64,000 bases of DNA from Octopus sinensis (taxonomy: Eukaryota): assembly GCF_006345805.1 (NCBI RefSeq), contig NC_043021.1, forward strand, positions 18,228,001 through 18,292,000, written 5' to 3'. Positions 11,640 through 24,892 of this stretch are shown here, piece after piece. Both the position numbers and the translations under genes were made by a program. The notes beneath the pieces were generated by a model. It did no database searches. It saw nothing but the letters and a program-made list of their open reading frames with translations, and was not told the origin of the DNA. Each line of letters opens with the position of its first letter. The first letter of the stretch is position 1.

Positions 11640-12146
11640 CAGACGGAAATTGTAGCTGTGATACCAGTGCCAGTGGCACGTAAGCGAACCATCCAAACGT
11701 GGCCGTTGCCAGCACTGCCCCGACAGGCCTCCATGCCGGTGGCACATGAAAAGCACCATCCGATCGTGGCCGTTGCCAGCCTCGTCTGACCCCCATGCCG
11801 GTGGCACGTAAAGAGCACCATCTGATCATGGCCGTTGCCAGCGTCATCTGGCACCCGTGCCGGTGGCACGTAAAAAGCACCATCCGATCGTGGCCATTGC
11901 CAGCCTCGCCTGGCCCCCGAGCCGGTGGCACATAAAAAGCACCATCCAACCGTGGCCGTTTGCCAGCCCCCTCTGGCACGTAAAAAGCACCCACTGCACT
12001 CACGGAGTGGTTGGCGTTAGGAAGGGCATCCAGCCGTAGAAAGATTGCCAGATCAGACTGGGCCTGGTGCAGCCTTCTGGCTTCCCAGACCCCAGTTGAA
12101 CCGTCCAACCCATGCTAGCATGGAAGGCGGACGCTAAATAATGATG
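11640..12146 (+). mobile_element. RTE 3'UTR-derived element (family D) with 5-6 internal ~61-bp tandem units
   Basis: The 3' ~170 bp match the 3'UTR end of the LINE at 44521-46212, with an (ATG)n tail. Confidence 0.85.
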
Positions 12147-12466
12147 AATGGTTTTGATTGAGAAGGGGTTGGGCAGATGTCTATCAATACATATATTCTC
12201 ATTCCAATCCTTGATTACTGTAGCTGGAGAGTTTTCATCATCATCATCATCAAGACAGCAAGCTGGCAGAGTTGTTACCATGTCAGGCAAAATGTTTAAC
12301 AGTATTTCACCCATCATTACATTCTGGGTTCAAATGCTGCTGGGGGTCGACTTTGCCTTTCATCCTTTTGGGGTTGATAAATTAAGCACCTGTGGAACAT
12401 TTGGATCGATGTAATCAACTAGTCCCCTCCCCCAAAGTTTCAGGCCTTGTGCCTATAGTAGAAAAG

Positions 12467-12504
<38 letters not shown>

Positions 12505-13424
12505 AAAGGCAGTGAGCTAGCAGAAAAGGTGGCAAGCCGGGCAGAATTATTACTACAATGGACAAAATGCTTTGCAGCAAAACATCTGGTTTAAACCTTC
12601 TGGGCTCAAATTCCACCAAGGTTGACTTTGATTTCGTTCTTTTGGGGTCAGTAAAATGAGTACTGGTCAAGCATTGGAATGGATTGAATCAACTGCACTC
12701 ACCACCAACCACTTTCTAATATGGACCTTGTGTCTAGAGTAGAAAGGGTTGTTGTTCTTAGTAGTAGTGGTAGTAGTAGTAGTAGTAGTAGTAGAAAAGA
12801 CAAAACAAGTATCTTGAGCAGGCATCTTACAATCTAAGAAAGACCGGAAATAATTCTGGAGAGCTTTCGTATTTTTGGTGAAATTCTTTCTGTTGGAAAT
12901 AACAGCAGATGTTCTTAAATTAACATTGCTGCCAGGATGTTTGGTGTGCTGACATTCCCACATGTAAGCACAATGGTAATCACATTGGTTGTTGTTGTTC
13001 AGCATGAGTCAACCTTGTATGAACAAGCCTTTTATGAGCCATGACCATCCAAGATTATTTTTAGTGGATATCTGGAACTACATGATTCAGTGTTTCCTTT
13101 CTTCTTTAAGATGCCAGGCTTTGTGCTGAGGGAGATTTTGTTGCTATTTCTAACATGTCAAGCAACAACTAAAGTACAGCAAGTTACCTGGTTTCCATGA
13201 TGCGCAATTGACCGAGATCACATTGCTCCTGAATTGGATGTCAGCCTGTCACATGGCTACTCATTGAAAGCTGAGTGGACGGGAGCACTGGAAACTGAAG
13301 TGGTTTGCTTAAGAACCCAACACGTACTCTGTCACAAGCTAACCTTTCATCATCTGGCACAAGATCACCTCCTCCAATGCCCCCTCCCCTCTCAAAGATT
13401 CTTCTTTGTTTTGCAAGTTACTTG

Positions 13425-13830
13425 GAGACCCTGCCAGTGCTGGTGCCATGTAAAAAGCATCCAGTCCACAGTGTAAAGTGGTTGGCATTTGGAAAGTCAT
13501 CCAGCTGTAAAAACCATGCCAAAACTGACCTCACCTGTGCTGGTGCCATGTAAAAAGCATCCAGTCCACAGTGTAAAGTGGTTGGCATTTAGAAAGTCAT
13601 CCAGCTGTAAAAACCATGCCAAAACTGACCTCACCTGTGCTGGTGCCATGTAAAATGCAATCAGTCGACTCTGCAGGGTGGTGGTTAGTGTTAGGAAGGG
13701 CATCAAGTTGTAAAAAGTGTTAAAACTGCCACCACAGAAGTCTGGTACAGTCTTCTGCCTGGTCAGCTCCTGTTAAACCATCTGAGCCATGCCAGAATGG
13801 AAGGCAGATGTTAAACAATGATGATGATGA
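13425..13830 (+). mobile_element. Family D element with an internal exact ~100-bp tandem duplication
   Basis: Units start at 13437, 13537 and 13637. Confidence 0.75.
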
Positions 13831-14011
13831 CTATCCAGTCCAGGAATTGAACCCATGATCTTACAGTCAAGTGCGCAACAACCTAACCACTGGACCAGGT
13901 GCCTTCAACCAAGCAGCCAAAGCGGGGCAGTCGTATGTTGTGGGATCATTGGCAGTTGCTAAGATTGACCAAAATAGTCAGGTTTAGCATGGAAAAAAAA
14001 AAACAGAGGTA

Positions 14012-14380
14012 TCTTTTATCTTTTACTTGTTTCAGTCATTTGACTGTGGCCATGCTGGGGCACCGCCTTCAAAAATCTTACTCAAATGAATTGACCCCCT
14101 AGTACTTATTTGTTGAAGCCTGTTACTTATTCTACTGGGTTCTTTTGCTGAACCACTAAATTACAGGGACATAAATATACCGACCCCGGTTGTCAAGCAT
14201 TGGTGGGGAACAAACACATACACACACACACACACGACAAGGTTCTTTCAGTTTCTGTTTACCAAATCCACTCACAAGGCTTTGGTCAGTTTGAGGCTAT
14301 AGTGGAAGACACTTGCCCAAGGTGCCATGCAGTGGTTGGGTGCCATGTGGTTGGCAAGCAAGCTTCTTACCATGCAGCTT
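14012..14380 (-). mobile_element. SINE family A (diverged)
   Basis: Older copy. Confidence 0.85.
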
Positions 14381-14989
14381 ACGTACACATAAAAACAAAT
14401 TGAAGACATGGTGGCGATAATGGTGATGGCATTGATGGTGGTGGCTTCTTTCAGAAGCATCAAGTCTGATATTTTTAGCTAAATATTCTATCTAAATCAT
14501 CAATTAACCAAACTCCAATAAACAATTGTCCCTGTGCTGAATTGAAATAACAATCTATTATTTTATAGAAAAAGTTTGATTTTTCTATTTGTTTTAATAT
14601 TTTAATTTTGAATGTTTCTATTTAATGTTTTGTTGTAATTAAACAAAACCAAAAAAAAATTTCAACTACTTAAAATTGTTTTGAAAAAATTTGATTAACT
14701 GCATGTAAATTATGCGAAATAATTTATAACTGTTACCTTGGCAACACAAATGGTCTTACTGGAATTGTTTCTAAGTGGTTTCACATCCATTTTACCATGG
14801 CGTTAAAGACTGGAATGGTCTGCTAGAATTTTGGATATTTACGTATGAATCAGAGATCTTTTTTTTTTTTACATGTGCTCACCCACTTCTTTTCACCAAT
14901 TAATTAATCAACTGTAAGCTAACAAGCAAATGTGTGGTCATGCAACCTGGCCGAAATAGCAACCAAATATGTCTCAAATCAAACCCCAC

Positions 14990-15400
14990 CATTATGGCAG
15001 ACACCCATAAAATTATCAACCATCGCACAAACAATAACTCTGAGCACCTTTTCAAACTCCACCCATCTAACACCCGTGGATATATTTACAAAGTAAGAAA
15101 ACAGCACAGCTCCCATGACGTCAGGAAACATTTTTTCACGCTGAGAGTTGCTGAAGCGTGGAACAAACTGCCGGCATCGGTTGTTAGTTGTTGGAGCACT
15201 GCATCCTTCAAAACTTCCATGCTTCCTGAGATTCGCCAACACTGCACTTGATTTTCTCCCCTCCATACACACACAAGCATGTTCACTTTCCAGACATTTC
15301 TACATTACTGCATGTACTTTATATGCACTTTCTGACAAGTTGTGGTGCACCTGAGCACTGTATACAATGATTTCATTATTATTATTATTATTATTATTAT
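14990..15400 (+). mobile_element. CR1/L2-group LINE 3' end
   Basis: NTRGYIYKVRKQ...RKHFFTLRVAEAWNKLP...F K, a typical CR1 ORF2 C-terminus, with an (ATT)n tail. Confidence 0.85.
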
Positions 15401-15768
15401 AAACAAAGTAGGACAGTAGATGTAGACTTAGCTATCTCTGAAAGATGGGATGGTCACGGTTGTAATGCTTTTGACTGTTGGTTGACCAGAGTCTAAGTAA
15501 CAACTATTGTGAAGTGGAAGTATCTGCAGGTAAATCGAATGTCATACAGGATATTAATGCATTAGAAACCATGTAGAACATTTCAGGCCTCTTTAAGAAC
15601 TTACTACGACTTGAAGAGCTTTAAGGACTGCCCAAGCCTTAAATAGTTTCTAAGGGCCTCTTAATCATTAATTATTTAATTTAGTCACAAACACATTCCA
15701 ACCAGTTTGATGATGTCAATAGAAAGGCCATGTTTCATATCCTTGTTGGACTATGGTATTCCAGATAA

Positions 15769-16100
15769 GACTGGCCTCCGTGCCGGTGGCACATAAAATG
15801 CACCATCCGATTGTGGCCGTTGCCAGCCTCATCTGGCACCTGTGCAGGTGGCACGTAAAATGCACCATCCGAGCATGGCCATTGCCAGCCTCGTCTGGCA
15901 CCTGTGCAGGTGGCACGTAAGAAGCACCCACTACACTCACGGAGTGGTTGGCATTAGGAAGGGCATCCAGCTGTAGAAACACTGCCAGATCAGATTGGGC
16001 CTGGCGCAGCCTTCTGGCTTCCCAGACCCCAGTTGAACCGTCCAACCCATGCTAGTATGGAAAACGGACGTTAAACGACGATGATGATGATGATGATGAT
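15769..16100 (+). mobile_element. Family D element
   Basis: Three tandem units plus the tail. Confidence 0.85.
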
Positions 16101-16109
16101 TGTCAAAGA

Positions 16110-16540
16110 CATCAACATCATGTACAAAAAGCCATCAAGACTTGTGCACAACACAAGCAACCAAACTAAAGAATTTTCAATGAGAGTAAGAATCGTTTTC
16201 GGAGTCATCCTTCCTCCTTTTTTTTCTCTGTGATTGCAGTGGACTACATCCGTAGTTTGAGTGTTGATGCCATCCAAAGCATAGCCTCACCATCAGGCAG
16301 AAGTGACCTTGTCTGTGATGCTGTGATGATGATGTTGCCCTCACACTGCATCACCTGTGTGCTGTGCAAAAGACTTCTTAACATCCCTTTAGAATGCTGC
16401 AGCTTAAGTTGGGTCCATTTTTCAGTGCAAAGAACACATAATGAAATCCATCTGCCAGTTTGTTCCAACAAAGGCACTCAGCCCAAGGAGGTTAGGGACT
16501 TCAAATACCTAGGGTCCTACTTTACTGATAATAAGAAAGA
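16110..16540 (+). pseudogene. Decayed non-LTR RT fragment
   Basis: Reads VIAVDYI ... KEVRDFKYLGSY, an RTE-like FKYLGS motif. Confidence 0.45.
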
Positions 16541-16751
16541 CATCCCCCAACACACACACATAATAAAATTTTTACCTTGTTTATTTGTTGCAATACAGAG
16601 CATCAGTTCGTAATCAAAATGATTTTTTCCATAAGAAAGTATGGGAAGCAACTCTGGAAATGTTTCATTTGACGTTTCTATTTAGCAGAACTTTCTATTC
16701 ATTGTAACTTTATAAAAGTATTAACAATTGACTCACTGTGTCAATATAGAG

Positions 16752-16971
16752 CAGTGCTTTTCAACCTTTTTGCTGGAGTGGAACCCCAAGAAAACATTCC
16801 ACTGGCTCGAGGAACCCCTGTGCAATAATTTAATTGTCTTATGCACACATATCTGCACAGGTGACTTAAAAATTACTGTCGATTTTAGCATTTTTGTAAC
16901 TTCTTGCGGAACCCCTGGACTGTACTGGCGGAACCCTAAAGTTCCGAGGCAACCCTGGTTGAAAACCACTG
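16752..16971. mobile_element. hAT-type MITE
   Basis: TIRs CAGTGCTTTTCAACC / GGTTGAAAACCACTG and an 8-bp TSD ATATAGAG. Confidence 0.9.
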
Positions 16972-17033
16972 ATATAGAGTAATATATTTATTTAGTTTGT
17001 CTAAAATATAATTTTGTTTTCATATATTTACAG

Positions 17034-17152
17034 TATGTTGGAATTTGTGTCCAGAACGTGACTGTGATTTTGATCAAAACTTTAATCCCACACTGCATGC
17101 TTCATGTGACTGGTCAAGAAATCACTGTTGATATTGCCAGCAATGACACCAG
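17034..17152 (+). CDS. BLTP2: BLTP2 exon (YVGICVQNVTVILIKTLIPHCMLHVTGQEITVDIASNDT-S)
   Basis: tttacag / gtaagt, 119 nt, phase 0->2. Resembles Hobbit FMAVHIVNISVVLM...FIHATAKELHLD. Confidence 0.9.
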
Positions 17153-17581
17153 GTAAGTTAGTTTCCATGAGTCATCAAGGGAGCCTTTATACTGGCACTT
17201 AACCTGCTAGAAATAGCAGCAAAATTTCACGAAAACCATTTCCTTCCATCTTAAAAAAAAAAAGAAAAAAAAGAAAGGTACTGTAGCTAATGTAGGCCAA
17301 TATAGGGTGTGGTGGTCATGGTTAGAACCCTTCAACTGTTTGGTCAATCAGAATTGACTTAAGGCTAAACACCAATAACAAAATGTTGACTTATTCCTTC
17401 CTCTCACCATTCCTACAAACAGTAAACCTGTGTCCATTTCTTTGTCCAGTAAATGCTCATGACAACACTTCCTGTTATTCATATATGACTGGATGAAGGT
17501 ACAAAACATTTGGCTGTTTGTTATCACTCAGAGTGGAGTGTGACCATCCACTCAAGTGGATATCCAAGTTTGGTGTGTTAA

Positions 17582-17992
17582 ACTCTTACTCTTTACTCTT
17601 TTACTTGTTTCAGTCATTTGACTGCGGCCATGCTGGAGCACCGCCTTTAATCGAGCAACTCGACCCCGGGACTTATTCTTTTGTAAGCCCAGTACTTATT
17701 CTATCGGTCTCTTTTGCCGAACCGCTAAGTAACGGGGACGTAAACACACCAGCATTGGTTTTCAAGCAATGCTAGGGGGACAAACACAGACACACAAACA
17801 TACACGCACACACATATATATATACATATATACGACGGGCTTCTTTCAGTTTCCGTCTACCAAATCCACTCACAAGGCATTGATCGGCCCGGGGCTATAG
17901 CAGAAGACACTTGCCCAAGGTGCCACACAGTGGGACTGAACCCAGAACCATGTGGTTGGTTAGCAAGCTACTTACCACACAGCCACTCCTGC
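17582..17992 (-). mobile_element. SINE family A
   Basis: Full-length copy. Confidence 0.9.
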
Positions 17993-18562
17993 TGATTTCA
18001 TCAACTCTTGCTTATTTGTTGGCCTTGAAGTTGTTCTTCCCATGGTGATTGTTGTTGTTGTGCTTATTGTTGTAATTATTGTTGTGATAGTTTTTGTAGT
18101 TGTTTTAATGATTGTTGGCAATGGATTGGTCTTTAAGTCAGCATGGATTGAGAAAATTCATGATATTGGCAGGAGTTGCTGATTGAACAAGGCATTTGAC
18201 TGCTGTTTCTAGCTATAATCATTCCAGTGTCATTATTGTAGGGCATGTTGGGCTCTAAGGGTTTCAGCTCAGAATATGTAACCCCTATTATTAGGGATTT
18301 TATCAAGGATATTAGTGACATCTTGTGTTGTTTCACTCTAGGTCAGAAAGGTAAAGTATAGAAAGAAAGATAGCAGGGTCACACCGTTGGTAGGAGACGT
18401 TGAGGAGGTAAAGGAAGAGGATGAAATAGTGTAACGGAATAAATCAAAGCAAGTTAAAAGATGTTAAAGTATTTAAGAACAGAACAAGGGAAAATGAAAA
18501 AGTGGAAAAAAATTGGAAAAAGAAAACAAAAAGAAAGAAAGAAAATATGAAAAAGTGAGGAA

Positions 18563-18728
18563 AGGTGCAGGAGTGGCTGTGTGGTAAGTAGCTTGCTAAC
18601 CAACCACATGGTTCCGGGTTCAGTCCCACTGCGTGGCATCTTGGGCAAGTGTCTTCTGCTATAGCCTCAGGCCGACCAATGCCTTGTGAGTGGATTTGGT
18701 AGACGGAAACTGAAAGAAGCCTGTCGTA

Positions 18729-18767
<39 letters not shown>

Positions 18768-18970
18768 ATGTTTGTGTGTCTGTGTTTGTCCCCCTAGCAT
18801 TGCTTGACAACCGATGCTGGTGTGTTTACGTCCCCGTCACTTAGCGGTTCGGCAAAAAGAGACTGATAGAATAAGTACTGGGCTTACAAAGAATAAGTCC
18901 CGGGGTCGATTTGCTCGACTAAAGGCGGTGCTCCAGCATGGCCGCAGTCAAATGACTGAAACAAGTAAAA
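18563..18970 (+). mobile_element. SINE family A
   Basis: Full-length copy with an A-rich tail to about 19002. Confidence 0.9.
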
Positions 18971-19207
18971 TAAAAAAATAAATAAATAAATAAATAAAAA
19001 AAGAATTAATATTATTTCTATTCTCCTCTATTGGGAGTTTTTCGTTGTTATATTTTCGTTGTTAAACTGCTTTTTTACTCGATGTTTTCAAAAACGGACA
19101 AAACCCTTTGTAACCTTTCGTCCTGTTTTGTCCCTTCATGTTTTCCAATCATGTTTGTCAGCCCTTGTGGCCAATAAAAAGAATTAATTATTATTATTGT
19201 TAATATT

Positions 19208-19660
19208 AAGGTGGTGAGCTGGCAGAATCGTTAGCACACTCGGTGAAATGCTTAGCGGTATTTTATCCACCGCTATGTTCTGAGTTCAATTTCCGCCGAG
19301 GTCGACTTTATCATCCATCCTTTTGGGGTCAATGAAATAAGTACCAGTTATGCACTGGGATCAATGTAATTGACTAATCTCCTTCCCCCAAATCTACAAG
19401 TCCTTGTACCTTCAGTAGGATGGATTATTATTGTTGTTGTTGTTGTTAAGCTGGTGAACTGGCAGATTTGTTAGGACGCTGGGCAAAATGCTTGGTGACG
19501 TTTCATTTGCGTTTCTGTTCCGAGTTCAAATCCCACCAAGGTCGACTTTGCCTTTTATCCTTTTGGGAGTCAATGAAATAAGTAGCAGTTGAGCAAACAG
19601 TCGATAACCAACTACACCCCCCCACCAGATTTCAAGCCTTGCGCCTATAGTAGAAAGGAT
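19208..19660 (+). mobile_element. Two tandem diverged family-B-type SINEs
   Basis: Same head and core. Similar old copies lie at 12250-12740, 24480-24645, 37440-37650(-) and 47850-48200. Confidence 0.75.
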
Positions 19661-20034
19661 TAACATCATCATCATCATCATCATCATTTAATGTCCATGG
19701 GTTGGACAGTTTGACAGGATCCGATGGGTTTATCCCAAGGATTACCTCATGTCCCAGTGTCTTATTATTTCTATTATCGTCATTCGTATTATCATTATTA
19801 TTATTATTTCTGTTATCATCATTTGCATTACCGTTATTATCATTTCTTTATTACCATCATTTATCATTATCGTTTTTTGCTATTATCTTCATTAGCATTA
19901 TCATCGTTATTAATATTCTCAGGTTTTACAAACATATGATCAGATTTCTGTCCACACGCTTTACGTGAGTAAGTTGTGTGAATGCCAGAGCTATTTTTAC
20001 TATGAAGTCAGGTCATTGAACCTGATTTCAGCTG

Positions 20035-20078
<44 letters not shown>

Positions 20079-20583
20079 CGGGAGCTGAGGTGGGGGTAGG
20101 GGGTAGGTTATCTGTTATTGATTCATGTTGAGGTGGTTTTGTTACAGTTTATTTCTTATCTGATTATTTCACTTTGCAAATAATATATGAAGACATGTTC
20201 ACTCTGCTAGTTCTCTCTCCTCCCAATCTTTTCACTTATACACACATGTACGTACATATGTATGCATGTATGCATGTGTACCTTTGGTTTTGTATGGCGG
20301 TTGCCTGGATAACAAAGAGGGGAAGGGAAATAAAAAAAAGCCTATAACATAGTACAGTGTAGGCCATAAGAACCTGTACGTTCACTCCTTTGTTGGGTCG
20401 ATGATGTTGCTCAGCATCACTGGAGGAGATGATACCGTTGGGATGGTGCTGAAATGTTTGTGATCTCCTGTGGACAGTTAATGAAGGGGATGTCCCATAG
20501 TGCAAGCTGTCGGGAAAATATTGTGTGTGCATTGTGAATGCATACATGGAGGTGTGTGTGTGTGTATGTATATATATATAAAA

Positions 20584-20623
<40 letters not shown>

Positions 20624-20624
<1 letters not shown>

Positions 20625-20940
20625 GAGGCGCAATGGCCCAGTGGTTAGGGCAGCGGATTCGCGGTCGTAGGATCGCGGTTTCGATTCCCAGACCGGGCGT
20701 TGTGAGTGTTTTTTGAGCGAAAACACCTAAAGCTCCACGAGGCTCCGCCAGGGGGTGGTGGCGATCCCTGATGTACACTTTCACCACAACTTTCTCTCAC
20801 TCTTTCTTCTGTTGGCCTGCTCACTTAGCCAGTGGGGTGGTGTCATTCGAAGGCTAAAACAATGCGAAGTGCATTGTGACCAGCGATGTGTAGCAACATC
20901 TGATTGCCTAGTCGGTCACGGTGATATACACGGCGATATA
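20624..20940 (+). mobile_element. tRNA-derived SINE, family E (CpG-rich, young)
   Basis: A box TGGCCCAGTGG and B box GTTTCGATTCC, followed by a non-tRNA body. Confidence 0.75.
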
Positions 20941-22349
20941 TATGTATATAAACATGGCAATGGCTTAGCTGATCAAAACTTCGAAGTCACTGTCAATGAT
21001 ATTCTTGTTTAGGAATAATAAATTTTTACTCTACAAAAGTATAGAGTAACCCATCAGATTAATGTAAAATTGTTTTTATTGTAACTGAACATAAAAACAA
21101 ACGTTAATATAAAAATAACATGTGTATTTTGTGCAATGTTTGGTAAGCAGTGTTGATTTCACAATTCTGTAAATAATAATAATGATAATAATAATATTTT
21201 ATAAGCTTAAATCTTATAAGCAATCATCGTTTATTGACTAAACAAAATTATTGCAGCATATAATTGTATGTATGTGTGTATATATATATATATATGAACC
21301 CTGTGGGAGATGGGGTGGGTCAGGTTCATGCTAGGAGAATTACTATGAAAGAGTGGAGCAGAGCAGGTCTTTGCAGAGGGATCTGAATGGCTACTCACAT
21401 CTAGTTGGGGGTCAAGAAGAGAGGAGAGAGGAAGAAAAAAAATCAACACACACACACTCTTTACAGAATATCCTGGGTACACTTACTGTGATACCAACTC
21501 TATCCACACATGCACTTACACATATATCATCATCATCAGGTGAACATACCAGATATACATTCTTCAACCAAACTTCCTTCTCTTGTCTCTCTTCTAAATA
21601 TTACTAACCAAGTGACCCATATTTCTATCAATTCTCACCCTTTCATTGTTGTTGTCCCCTCTCAAGTCCAGCAAATATCAGTTATTTTGGAATTCTCTAC
21701 CTTTTTCCTGTTACACCCCTCTCCCCATAGATTACAATCTAAAATTGCTTTTTTTAGGGTAGCTTTACAATGGGTTCCTTTTTTCACTTTTTGTTTTGTA
21801 ACTCCACACAAAGAGGTGTCTTGAGGGCTCGTTTTTGCTTTTTTCCCTACTTTGTTGAGAATGACCTCTGAAAAAAAAAAAAAAAGGGTAAAAAATACAT
21901 TTAAAAATGTTAAGTTTTGATTGGGATTTGCATTTGAAGAAAAGAAAATCAGTTGGTCCCACTCACTGGAACCTTTCATTTGAGAAGAATTCCATTAAAG
22001 GCAATATCAAGATGGAATGGAATTAGACATGGCAGGGCTACAGTGACTAGGAATAATAATAATAATATATTCATTGGGAAAAACTGCTCTTGTATGAGAA
22101 AAGACTGTTTGGGTTATTAAAATTACTGAATAAAGTATGTGAATAAATTGTAAATATAACATTAAAAATGCATGTTCATCATGGAATGGTGTGAAGTAAA
22201 AAGTTCTTATGAGGGGAAAGAATCTGGTGAAAATTTTGTGTGAATGGGGAGAAGGGTGGAATTATGGAATGGTATGTAAAGAATAAAATATGCATAGGAT
22301 TAACTTGTAAGCAAAATAGATTTGTATTCCACAGATGTGTGCGCGCATG

Positions 22350-22380
<31 letters not shown>

Positions 22381-23409
22381 GGAGGTATGTAAGTATATTT
22401 GTATGTAAACGTCTGTAAGTGTATGCCTACCTATGTATAAATGTGTGTGTGTGTGTGTATGTGTGTGTGCATGTGTGTGTGTGTGTGTATGCATGTGTGT
22501 GTGCATGTGTGTATATGTGTGCATGTGTGTGTGTGTGTGTATTTTGTTTGTACAAACATCTGTAGGACTGACCTTATTGTTTATGAATATACTGCACATA
22601 TGCACTAGGATATTTACACCTGTTGCAGCTGTAACTGCATCGGACAGCATACTGCTGCAGCTGCAGGCTATCTCAGCAACAGTAACAGGCTTCGGTTGCT
22701 GTTAAACAACATAGCTGTGTGTGTGTGTGAGTGTGGGGAGGGACGTACAGCCTGTTCTATTGCGTGGACATAAACCGTAGTAAAGCAACATTATGCAAGG
22801 GTGTCATATCTTAGCACAAGGGGGTGGGGGGTTATTGTTTAGCTCCCAGGTCAATCCTGATCCAGCAGATATATAATCAAAGATGTTCCTGTTGTGACCA
22901 TTCCATTTATTATTCTTATGTTGTATGTTTAGAGTGTTTTTGCCTTTTTAAGGTATCAGAGTGTGTGAATTGAGGGACATTTGAATGACAAAATGGGAGA
23001 CTTACACGAGAGAAGTATATCCTACCTGGGATTATTTTTACCCAGATTGGAGGTATAGAAGAGAATATTGACATCTACTGAGATTTGATGCCAGAATTAA
23101 AAAAGGATTTGACTAAAATACCTAGGTAATGGTTTTGACAATGTTATGTAATACCTGGGTATGTAGTCTAATGCTTTACTATACACCTGGGTATTAATTA
23201 TTGTTGAATACCTGGATATTTATTTTGGTACTTTACTGCATCTGCCACTTGTATTGCCTGCAGCAATCTTATGTAACACCTGGGGTATCTGGTCTATTAT
23301 TTTAATGTATTTACCGTTAATATTGTCTTCAACAATGTGATTTAATCTCTCAGAAGTCTACAGACTCATTAGGTTAATTAGTGTTTATCCTATTTTCTGA
23401 GCTATTTAA

Positions 23410-23630
23410 CCCTTAAGCATTTAAACAGGCCATATCCAGTCCAAATCTTTTGCCTGTTTTATATTCAAACCAGCCAGCTCCAGCCTCTCATACTTAGCCT
23501 ACAATGTCATTTTAAAAATAAAACAATCGCATCATCAAAATCTTATGGCTTTGAGATAATGCAGGATAAATTCAAAACAATTTGAATAAATAAGGATTAC
23601 TTTTGACCGAGTAATGTGAATGCTAAGGGG
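23410..23630 (-). mobile_element. piggyBac-type MITE family 1
   Basis: TTAA-CCCT...GGGG-TTAA. The body is the reverse complement of the 10644 copy. Confidence 0.8.
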
Positions 23631-24649
23631 TTAAGTCTTGGAAACTATAAGACTTATCCCTAGCTACTGCTGTCACTCATTTTCAACTGAAGGGATTGGA
23701 GTAATGTGAAATGAAGCATCTTGCTCAAGGACATAGGTCACTACCTAATTCAAGAATCCTACCCATGGGATTATAATCATGAGCTTAATCCACTTAGGCT
23801 ACACACCTTCATTATAATTTATAAGCTTCCTAAAACATAAACGTGTTAGCCAAACATTTTGGTATATGTGAATATATATATTGGTTTGAAACACCTTTAG
23901 AGGATGGTGGACCTACAAGTACAATGCTGGGTTATTAGATTGTCTGTCTTGGGGAGGGCCAGTGACCTATGACCTTTGAAAGTCATCTTATATTGGGAAC
24001 TACAGTAGGACAGGGTAAAATATCTTGTGTAAGGACTTTGGGAGTTGAGACCCTTCAAAGGTTGGGAAAGAGAGAGCTGGATGGCTTATGTTGGCCTGAG
24101 TGAAGGGGATTTTGTTGGAGAGGTAGTTGAGTGGAGCAGAGGCTGTTGTAGGAGTGCTAATAGCAGAGGCAGTGAGAAGAAACAAACATATTTGTGAGGG
24201 AGTGGTTGTCACCTATTGGTGATTGAACTATTGATAATCAATTGAATGGCTTCCTTTTGGGTTTGATCTTGGATATTTGTATTTGTAAAACCAGCATTGT
24301 TTTTAGACAAGTGAATGATATATGCGTGTGTTTAAGATATTTGGATTATAACCTGTAATGTTGTAGTGGGCAGTAATAACAGCCTCTAATCATAATTTTC
24401 TCATACTGAAATGTTTAATTGACAAACTTCCCCGCCCCCAAGTTACTGGCCTCACACCAATATTTGAAGCCATTATTATTAAGGTCAGCAGAAGGGTGAG
24501 CAGAATTGTTTGAGGACCAGACAAATGTTTAGTGGCATTTCCTCCAGGTTTTTTTTGCCCTCCGAGTTCTAATACCACTATGGCTAACTTTACCTTTCAT
24601 CCTTTCATGGGTTAATAAAATAAAAGTACCAGTCAGATATTGGGGTTGA

Positions 24650-24892
24650 TGGCACGTTAAAAGCACCAACCGATCGTGGCCGATGCCAGACCCCCCTAGT
24701 ACCTGTGCATGTGGCACGTAAAAAGCACCCACTACACTCGCGGAGTGGTTGGCGTTAGGAAGGGCATCCGGCTGTAGAAACACTGCCAGATCAGACTGGA
24801 GCCTGGTGCAGCCCTGGCTTCCCAGACCCCGGTCGAACCGTCCAACCCGTGCTAGCGCGGAAAACGGACGTTAAACGATGATGATGATGATG
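24650..24892 (+). mobile_element. Family D element
   Basis: Tail plus 1-2 units. Confidence 0.85.

Noticed and set aside
11660-11990. Regular repeats superficially like a CRISPR array
   Set aside because: The units are whole diverged tandem copies without unique spacers, in eukaryotic context, and are homologous to the RTE 3'UTR.
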